This document shows positions 57,796 to 64,000 of a stretch of 64,000 bases of DNA, one piece after another (positions within the stretch are counted from its first letter, which is position 1; every line of letters begins with the position of its first letter). A program made the translations under genes and the position numbers. Under the pieces are notes generated by a model. That model did not search any database and had not been told where the DNA came from. It saw only the letters and a program-made list of their open reading frames with translations. Source of the stretch: Chloroflexota bacterium (GTDB lineage: Bacteria > Chloroflexota > UBA11872); the NCBI GenBank assembly GCA_022825895.1, contig JAJDVX010000015.1, positions 45,121 to 109,120 of the forward strand, in the 5' to 3' direction.

Positions 57796-59079
57796 ATGAC
57801 TGACCTACAGACGTTTCTCTCAGTAGACGACGCGCTGGAGCGCATCCTACGAGGCTTCACCCCGTTGCCAGCGCGCCACACCCCGCTGGCCGAGGCCCTA
57901 GGCTTGGTCGCCGCCGAGGACGTGCTGGCACGCGACAACGTCCCGGGCTTTGACAATTCGGCCTACGACGGCTACGCCGTACGCGCCGCGGACCTTGCAC
58001 AGGCCTCGGCGGACACACCAGCCCAACTGCGAGTCGTGGACGAAATCCCCGCCGGACGCGTGAGCCCGCTTACCCTGCAACCCGGCGAGGCGGCGCGGAT
58101 CATGACCGGCGCACCCGTTCCCGCCGGCGCTGACGCCGTGGTGCCGTTCGAGGACACCGACCGCACCGACTGGGGTTACCTGGGAAGCGACCCGCTCAGC
58201 GCTTCTGGCGACCGCCGCGTGGTGGCCGTGCTGGAAACCGCGGCGCCCGGCGAAAACGTTCGCCCAGCGGGCGGCGACATCTCGGCCGGTTCGGTCGTCG
58301 TCGAGGCCGGCCGCCGCCTCGGGCCCGCCGAAATCGGCGTGTTGGGCTCGGTTGGCGTCACCACGGTCCGCGCCCATCCCCGCGCCAGCGCGGCCATCAT
58401 CCCCACGGGCGATGAAATCGTGGAGATCGACGCCGGTATCCGACCCGGCCAGATCCGCAACAGCAACGCCTGGGCCCTCGAAGCCGCCACCCGCACGCTC
58501 GGCGCCCGGCCGAACCGATTGCCCATAACCGGCGACACCGTCGAAGCACTGCAAGCCGCCCTGACGACCGGGGCGGAGTCCGACGTTATCGTCACCATCG
58601 GCGGGGTCTCGATGGGCGACTTCGACCTCGTCACGAACGTCCTCGGCTCCGAGGGCCGCATGGACTTCTGGCAGATCAACATGCGCCCCGGCAAGCCCCT
58701 GGCGTTCGGCTACGTGCACGGCACGCCTGTCATCGGCCTTCCCGGCAACCCCGTGTCCAGCATCGTCTGCTTCGCCCTGTTCGTGCGTCCCGCCCTGCTG
58801 CGCCTGATGGGCCACCGCAACCTCACCCACCCGCGGGTCCGGGCGGTAGCCGGTGAGCGCCTACGCAGCGCCCAGGGCAAGCGCACGTTCCTGCGCGCAC
58901 AGCTTCGCCGAAGGAACGGCCAACTCGTCTGCACCTCCGCCGGCGATCAGAGTTCGTACCGGATGTCGTCCCTTGTCGCCGGCAACGGCCTGGCCGTGCT
59001 GCTCGAAGACCAGACCATCGAGCCTGGCCAGCGCGTGGACGTACTGGCCCTGGACTCCGAGGCACTGCTGCAACTCTGA
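57796..59079 (+). CDS. moeA: molybdopterin molybdotransferase MoeA (gephyrin E-domain family)
   Basis: Start re-picked to MTDLQTFLSVDDALERIL (ATG 57796). GFDNSAYDGYAVRAAD, IVTIGGVSMGDFD. Confidence 0.85.
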   Translation: MTDLQTFLSVDDALERILRGFTPLPARHTPLAEALGLVAAEDVLARDNVPGFDNSAYDGYAVRAADLAQASADTPAQLRVVDEIPAGRVSPLTLQPGEAARIMTGAPVPAGADAVVPFEDTDRTDWGYLGSDPLSASGDRRVVAVLETAAPGENVRPAGGDISAGSVVVEAGRRLGPAEIGVLGSVGVTTVRAHPRASAAIIPTGDEIVEIDAGIRPGQIRNSNAWALEAATRTLGARPNRLPITGDTVEALQAALTTGAESDVIVTIGGVSMGDFDLVTNVLGSEGRMDFWQINMRPGKPLAFGYVHGTPVIGLPGNPVSSIVCFALFVRPALLRLMGHRNLTHPRVRAVAGERLRSAQGKRTFLRAQLRRRNGQLVCTSAGDQSSYRMSSLVAGNGLAVLLEDQTIEPGQRVDVLALDSEALLQL

Positions 59080-59116
59080 CCGGCAAACCGCCGTCGTTGA
59101 TACGATGCACGCCGTC

Positions 59117-59192
59117 GGGCGCGTAGCTCAGCTGGTTAGAGCGCGCGGTTCACATCCGCGAGGTCATAGGTTCGAGTCCTATCGCGCCCACC
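59117..59192 (+). tRNA. tRNA-Val (anticodon CAC)
   Basis: GGGCGCGTAGCTCAGCTGGTTAGAGCGCGCGGTTCACATCCGCGAGGTCATAGGTTCGAGTCCTATCGCGCCCACC. Confidence 0.9.
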
Positions 59193-59225
59193 GCTCCTGG
59201 TCGCCGACCAATACCGCGTTCCACG

Positions 59226-60467
59226 TCATAACGCAGTCTTGGGGCGCTCCTTTGTCGGATCGACGAACGGTACTCGCACGACTTCGGCATCCACGGGACC
59301 GTCTGCCGGCAGTTGGACGTTGACGCGCGTTCCGCGTCTCCAATGCGACCGCGGCATCACCGCCAGCGCGATGTTCGACTGGTGGTTGGGCGACCAGAAC
59401 GCACTGGTCACGTAGCCCACGGCCTTGCCGGACTCCTCGTCACTGACCAGGTAGAAGTCCTCGTTGTACCAGGTCAGCGGCTCACCGCCGACCTTAAGGC
59501 CCACGAGTCGCTGCGTCACGCCGTTGGCCTTGATTCTGGCCAGGGCCTCCTTGCCGATAAAGTCGCCCTTGGTCAGGTCCACCTGCCATCCCAACCGAAC
59601 TTCGAACGGGTTGTTCTCAATGTCCAGATCCTGGCCGTATGACAGGATCCCGGCCTCGATTCGACGGATGTGGCTCGGTGCGATTACTCGCAGGTTGAAC
59701 TCTTGCCCCTGCTCCAGGATGTGCGGCCACACCTCATCCGCATGCCGCATCGCACCGTGCAAGTAAATCTCGAAGCCGACTTCGGCTGAGAATCCTGTAC
59801 GCGAAATCGTCACGGCGTGCCCGTTCAGCGTGTCGTGTATCAGGCCGTAGTAGGGAATGTCCCTGATGTGGGATCCGAACATCTTCTCCATCAGTAACAC
59901 CGACTTTGGACCTTGAATCTGGACTGGCGACACATCAATCTCGCGGATGTCCACGTTGAACCTGGCTTGGGAATTGACTCCCTGCGCCCAGAGCAATACG
60001 TCGGAATCGGAGATACTGAACCAAAACTCGTCCTCGGCCACGCGCAGTAGCACCGGATCGTTGATGACGCCGCCATACTGATTACAAAGAATCACGTAGC
60101 GGGCCTGCATTGTGGGAACGCGACTGTGCACGTCACGCGTGATCAGCAGGTCCACAAAGTCCGCCGCCTCCGGGCCCTTGATCCGAATCTGCCGCTCGAC
60201 CGCCACATCCCACATGCTCACGTGCTCAGTCAGGTACTTGTACTCCTCCAGCAGCCCGCCATCCTCGGGCTTGATATAGGCCCGCGGGTGATACATGTGG
60301 TTATAGGTCGTGTAGGCCCAACAACCAGCCGCCTTCGACAAATGCCACCACGGTGACTTTCTGATCCGAGTCGATATGAGGATCCGGGCGTCGCTGTTGC
60401 CGCTCTGCCGCAGGTTTATGGGCAGTTCGCGACGCTTGAGACCGTCGATTACTAGACGCTGAGCCAT
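59226..60467 (-). CDS. aminomethyltransferase (GcvT) family folate-binding protein
   Basis: 413 aa; GcvT-fold region (WDVAVERQIRIKGPEAADFVDLLITRD; GFSAEVGFEIY). GC ~58%. Confidence 0.75.
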   Translation of the reverse strand: MAQRLVIDGLKRRELPINLRQSGNSDARILISTRIRKSPWWHLSKAAGCWAYTTYNHMYHPRAYIKPEDGGLLEEYKYLTEHVSMWDVAVERQIRIKGPEAADFVDLLITRDVHSRVPTMQARYVILCNQYGGVINDPVLLRVAEDEFWFSISDSDVLLWAQGVNSQARFNVDIREIDVSPVQIQGPKSVLLMEKMFGSHIRDIPYYGLIHDTLNGHAVTISRTGFSAEVGFEIYLHGAMRHADEVWPHILEQGQEFNLRVIAPSHIRRIEAGILSYGQDLDIENNPFEVRLGWQVDLTKGDFIGKEALARIKANGVTQRLVGLKVGGEPLTWYNEDFYLVSDEESGKAVGYVTSAFWSPNHQSNIALAVMPRSHWRRGTRVNVQLPADGPVDAEVVRVPFVDPTKERPKTAL

Positions 60468-60617
60468 CGGACGACCTCCAGTGGTTTGGCAATTCCGTTG
60501 CCTTCACATTGACACGCTATCCCTAGGCCCTGAGTTGGAATACTCGTCGTTGACTTATGCGCGAAGGTTCGTAGGACCTTCATCCGCACACCAACCTGAA
60601 ACTCCCACGCACTCGAT

Positions 60618-63086
60618 TCACGCTCGCATCTTCCGGCCCTGCGGATCGTACAGCGGCTCCTTCGCAACCGTCGCCGGCATTCGCTCGCCGAAGTACACGA
60701 CGTCCACGCCTGTCCCCGGCTTTGTATGGCTCGCGGGGAGATAGCCATAGATGATCCCTCGACCAATCGTGTGACCGTAGTTCGCGCTGGTCACATGCCC
60801 CAGCACACGCTGACCGTCCATAATCGGCTCCTTCCCCATCACCACAGCGCCTGGATCGTCCAGCGTCATGCAGCACAGCCTGCGCCGCGGACCCCGCGCT
60901 CGAATGTCCCGCAGCGCCTCCCTGCCGATGAAGTCGCCCTTCCGCATCCGCACCGCGAAGGCCGTGCCGGCCTCATACGGGTTGTATTCGGTGTGGATGT
61001 CGTTGCCCCACAGCCGGTAGCCCTTTTCCAAGCGCAGCGAGTCGAAGGCGCCGCCGCCCGCGGCGATGACGCCGAGCGGCTGGCCCGCCTTCCAGACCGT
61101 CTCCCAGAGCCTCAGGCCTTGCTCAACGGGCGCGTACACCTCCCAGCCAAGCTCGCCCACATATGAGATGCGTAGCGCCAACGCCGAAACGTCGGCAATC
61201 GCAATTCGCCTGGCTGTCAAATACGGAAACCCGGCGTCGGTCACGTCGTCCGCGCAGACACGGTCCAGCAAATCGCGCGCCTTCGGCCCCCAGAGTCCAA
61301 TGCAGCACAACTCCGCTGACGTATCGGAAACCGTGACCGAGCCATCATCCGGCACGTGCATCTGGATCCAGCCAAAATCGTGCAGCCCCATCGCTCCACC
61401 TGTAACAACCATGAAGCGGTGCTCCGCCAGGCGCGTCACGGTCAGGTCACACTTGATCCCACCGCGCGGCGTAAGCATGGGGGTGTAGGTGATCGTCCCG
61501 ACCGGCCTGTCCATCTGGTTGGCCGTGAGGCGCTGCAGCGCGGCCAGCGAACCAGGGCCAGTGATTTCGAACGTGGCAAAGGGCGTGAGGTCGAACATGG
61601 CCACCCGTTCGCGCGTGGCCGCGTGCTCGGCCGCGATGGTCGGCGACCATTCGCGGGCTTCCCAGCCCTCCCGCACCGCGCCCGACACGGTCAGGGAGTC
61701 GAGCAGGCCCTCGTTCGCCTCGTACCACTCAGGTCGTTCCCAGCCAGCGCTCTCGAAAAAGGCAGCCCCAAGCTGGCACTGCCGCGAATGGAAGGGCGAC
61801 AACCGCAGGTTCCGAGGCTCGGCGATCTGCTGCCGCGGGTGGATGATGTCGTACACCTCGCGGTATTGCTGCGCGGCGCGCGCCCGCACGTAGGCGCGGT
61901 CATGGGCGTGCGCGTGGAAGCGGCGCATGTCGCACTCCCGCAGATCGCTGGTCGGCTCGCCGTTCACAATCCACTCGGCCACCGCCTTTCCCACGCCGCC
62001 GGCGTGCGTGATCCAGACCGCCTGCGCCGACCAGAACCCGCCAACCTGCGGCGACTCGCCCAACACCGGAAATCCGTCCGTAGTGAACGAGAAGATGCCG
62101 TTCAACGTGCGTGTCAGCCCCGCGCCCTCGAGGCTGGGCATCAGCTCACCAGCGGCCGCCCGTGCCCTCTCGAAGTGCTTGGGTACGAACGGCAACTCCG
62201 CCGGCGCAATCGGCGCTTGGTCATAGTCGACAAGGTCGGCGGCCTCCACCAGCATCGGCTCGTGCCGGTACGACCCGATGCCGTAGCAGTCGCCCTCCTG
62301 GCGGAAGTACATCGCGGCGTCTTGGTGGCGCACCAGGGGCTGGGATATCTCCTCGGTTGCGCCGGCCAGTGCTTCGATCGGCGTGGTAACCGCATAGAGG
62401 TGCTGCATTGGCGACAGTGGAATCGGCACCCCAGCCATTTCGCCCACCATCGGCGCCCAGATACCTGCGGCCGCGATCACCAGGTCCGTCCGAATCTCAC
62501 CGTGGGTGGTCCGGACTCCGCGAATCCTGCCGCGGGCGATATCGAGTCCCGAGACTTTCACCTTGCCGTGAAAACTCGCGCCGTTGCGTTCGGCCTCCCT
62601 CGCCATGGCCTCGGCCGGCCTCGTCGCCTTGGTGTGGACGTCGGATGGGACATACAGCGCGCCAAGGATTCGATCCGACAGCACCGGAACGAGGTCGCGG
62701 GCCTCGCGGGGACTGAGCAGATGCGCATCCACGCCCCAGCTCAATCCATACCCGGCCTTGCGCTTCAGGTCGACGATACGCTCAGGTGTCCACGCAACCT
62801 CGAGGCTGCCTACGGTTTTGGCGCATGGGACACCGTCGAGTTCCAGTTGGGTCCACAGATCCACGCTATGGCGCGCAAACCCTGTCATCGTCTTCGAGGG
62901 ATTCAACTGAAACACCAGCCCCGGGGCGTGAGACGTTGATCCGCCGGTTTCAAACAGCGGTCCCTGCTCGACGACCACGACGTCGCGCCAGCCGAGCTTC
63001 GTCAGGTGATACGCCACGCTGCAGCCGACGATTCCCGCGCCAATGATGACCGCTCGGGCCTGTCTCGGAGTCATGCGTGCGGACAT
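60618..63086 (-). CDS. dimethylglycine/sarcosine dehydrogenase family protein (FAD DAO domain + GcvT-like domain)
   Basis: N-terminal RAVIIGAGIVGCSVAYHL FAD Rossmann, DAO domain, C-terminal GcvT-like aminomethyltransferase domains; 822 aa. Confidence 0.85.
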   Translation of the reverse strand: MSARMTPRQARAVIIGAGIVGCSVAYHLTKLGWRDVVVVEQGPLFETGGSTSHAPGLVFQLNPSKTMTGFARHSVDLWTQLELDGVPCAKTVGSLEVAWTPERIVDLKRKAGYGLSWGVDAHLLSPREARDLVPVLSDRILGALYVPSDVHTKATRPAEAMAREAERNGASFHGKVKVSGLDIARGRIRGVRTTHGEIRTDLVIAAAGIWAPMVGEMAGVPIPLSPMQHLYAVTTPIEALAGATEEISQPLVRHQDAAMYFRQEGDCYGIGSYRHEPMLVEAADLVDYDQAPIAPAELPFVPKHFERARAAAGELMPSLEGAGLTRTLNGIFSFTTDGFPVLGESPQVGGFWSAQAVWITHAGGVGKAVAEWIVNGEPTSDLRECDMRRFHAHAHDRAYVRARAAQQYREVYDIIHPRQQIAEPRNLRLSPFHSRQCQLGAAFFESAGWERPEWYEANEGLLDSLTVSGAVREGWEAREWSPTIAAEHAATRERVAMFDLTPFATFEITGPGSLAALQRLTANQMDRPVGTITYTPMLTPRGGIKCDLTVTRLAEHRFMVVTGGAMGLHDFGWIQMHVPDDGSVTVSDTSAELCCIGLWGPKARDLLDRVCADDVTDAGFPYLTARRIAIADVSALALRISYVGELGWEVYAPVEQGLRLWETVWKAGQPLGVIAAGGGAFDSLRLEKGYRLWGNDIHTEYNPYEAGTAFAVRMRKGDFIGREALRDIRARGPRRRLCCMTLDDPGAVVMGKEPIMDGQRVLGHVTSANYGHTIGRGIIYGYLPASHTKPGTGVDVVYFGERMPATVAKEPLYDPQGRKMRA

Positions 63087-63157
63087 CCCTGCAGATCTCC
63101 CTTGTCAGATCATGAATGATGACGGCTGCGTCGATCTACCCCGGTGGCTTCATATGT

Positions 63158-64000
63158 TCACTTGGAGATTAGTGTCCGTACGACCTCCACGGCTCGCCCG
63201 ACATCAACCCCTAACGCCACCCGCACGGGCCCGTCGCCGAAACTCGCGACGGTTCGACCTCGCTCATCCCCATCCGTGACGACCTCCACCTGCGCGCGTC
63301 GATACGTCAGGAGTTCAGGCTCAACGGCCGCCGCCACAGCCAGGGGATCGTGCAGATAGAACTCCTGCACACCCGCTCGCTCCCGAAAGCTGTTCGCCAG
63401 GATGCGGTTCCCCAATTGGGCGGACCTGGACGTGCCCTCGAACCACAGCGGGCCGCCGTCGCGGTGCATGGAGGTCTTGTGGGTCACGTCCAGTCCGACG
63501 AGAGTGACGGGCACCCCGGACGCGAATACGCCGTTCGCGGACCACGGATCTTCAAAGATGTTGAATTCGGCGTGGGGCGTAATGTTGCCGGGCACATCAA
63601 CAGCTCCGCCCATGACGACGATCTCCGAGATGGCCTTGGCAACGTCAGGCCGACGGTCCAGTGCCGCGGCCACGTTTGTCAGCGGCCCAAGCGCAATGAC
63701 AGATACCTGTCCGGGCGCCGCAAGAGCGCGGTCGTGAATGAAGTCGACGGCGTCCGCTCGACGCGGTTTCCGCGCAGTGGAAGGCAAGTCGACCCCAAGA
63801 CCATCGGTGCCGTGCACGTGGTACGCATACGAAAACGAGCCCCGCGCCGGTCGGTCGGCGCCTGCGGCGACTGCTACAGCCCGCCCCCCGGCAACGTAAT
63901 CGAGGAGACGCAGCGCATTCCGGGTCGTCTGCGCAAGCGTGGCGTTGCCCCCGACGGTCGTGATGCCCTCAATGTGCAAGTCCGGGCAGTTCAATGCCAT
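63158..64000 (-). CDS. inosine-uridine preferring nucleoside hydrolase family protein (N-terminus beyond window end)
   Basis: ORF open to 64000. VTLVGLDVTHK, HDPLAVA motifs of the IUNH family. Missing the DxDxxxDD N-terminus. Confidence 0.75.
   Translation of the reverse strand: MALNCPDLHIEGITTVGGNATLAQTTRNALRLLDYVAGGRAVAVAAGADRPARGSFSYAYHVHGTDGLGVDLPSTARKPRRADAVDFIHDRALAAPGQVSVIALGPLTNVAAALDRRPDVAKAISEIVVMGGAVDVPGNITPHAEFNIFEDPWSANGVFASGVPVTLVGLDVTHKTSMHRDGGPLWFEGTSRSAQLGNRILANSFRERAGVQEFYLHDPLAVAAAVEPELLTYRRAQVEVVTDGDERGRTVASFGDGPVRVALGVDVGRAVEVVRTLISK

Noticed and set aside
61356-62939. 527-aa plus-strand ORF
   Set aside because: Antisense to the DMGDH/SarDH gene. The same applies to other long shadow ORFs (4416..5420, 35316..36650, 39463..40542, 40726..41592, 45207..46466, 14040..15092, 23344..23982).

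Overview
High-GC (~66-68%) bacterial chromosomal window, gene-dense on both strands. The phylum cannot be assigned from sequence alone; gene content fits a high-GC soil or thermophilic lineage such as Actinomycetota or Chloroflexota. I could support about 75 protein-coding genes and 6 tRNAs (Gly-GCC, Gln-CTG, Leu-CAA, Trp-CCA, Asn-GTT, Val-CAC). There is no rRNA, no CRISPR array, and no transposase or integrase.

The backbone is housekeeping and metabolism:
- M24 peptidase, PdxA-family dehydrogenase, PncA-PncB NAD salvage pair, GroEL, PheA, PyrF, MoeA, Kbl/BioF-like PLP enzyme.
- A dimethylglycine/sarcosine dehydrogenase with a GcvT-like partner.
- A complete Mn/Zn-type ABC importer with a DtxR/MntR regulator.
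- Two separate copper loci: CsoR-CopA with a recognisable CsoR operator palindrome, and a periplasmic cluster containing a CopC-CopD-cytochrome c fusion.

Interspersed are low-GC, accessory-looking insertions:
- An overlapping, apparently co-translated ABC/AAA-type ATPase + DUF4276 (TOPRIM-like) two-gene module at 26239-28129. It resembles split OLD-family, PARIS or AbiL-type anti-phage systems, and is my top candidate for an undescribed defense system.
- A lone DUF3800 gene.
- A lone NYN-domain gene.
- A TacA/TacT-like (DUF1778-GNAT) and a RelB/RelE toxin-antitoxin pair.
- A tRNA-rich stretch at 55.1-59.2 kb with GNATs and a LysM protein.

One more unusual architecture: an NDH-2 (type II NADH dehydrogenase) carries an N-terminal ~4-TM module. 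The same module is repeated about 3 times in the translationally coupled downstream membrane protein.

Coordinate caveats:
- The ORF track uses TTG/GTG as well as ATG starts and shows all of them as M, so several starts were re-picked.
- RNA genes and small motifs were placed by hand-counting and may be off by 1-2 nt.
- Long antisense shadow ORFs, typical of high-GC DNA, were rejected.
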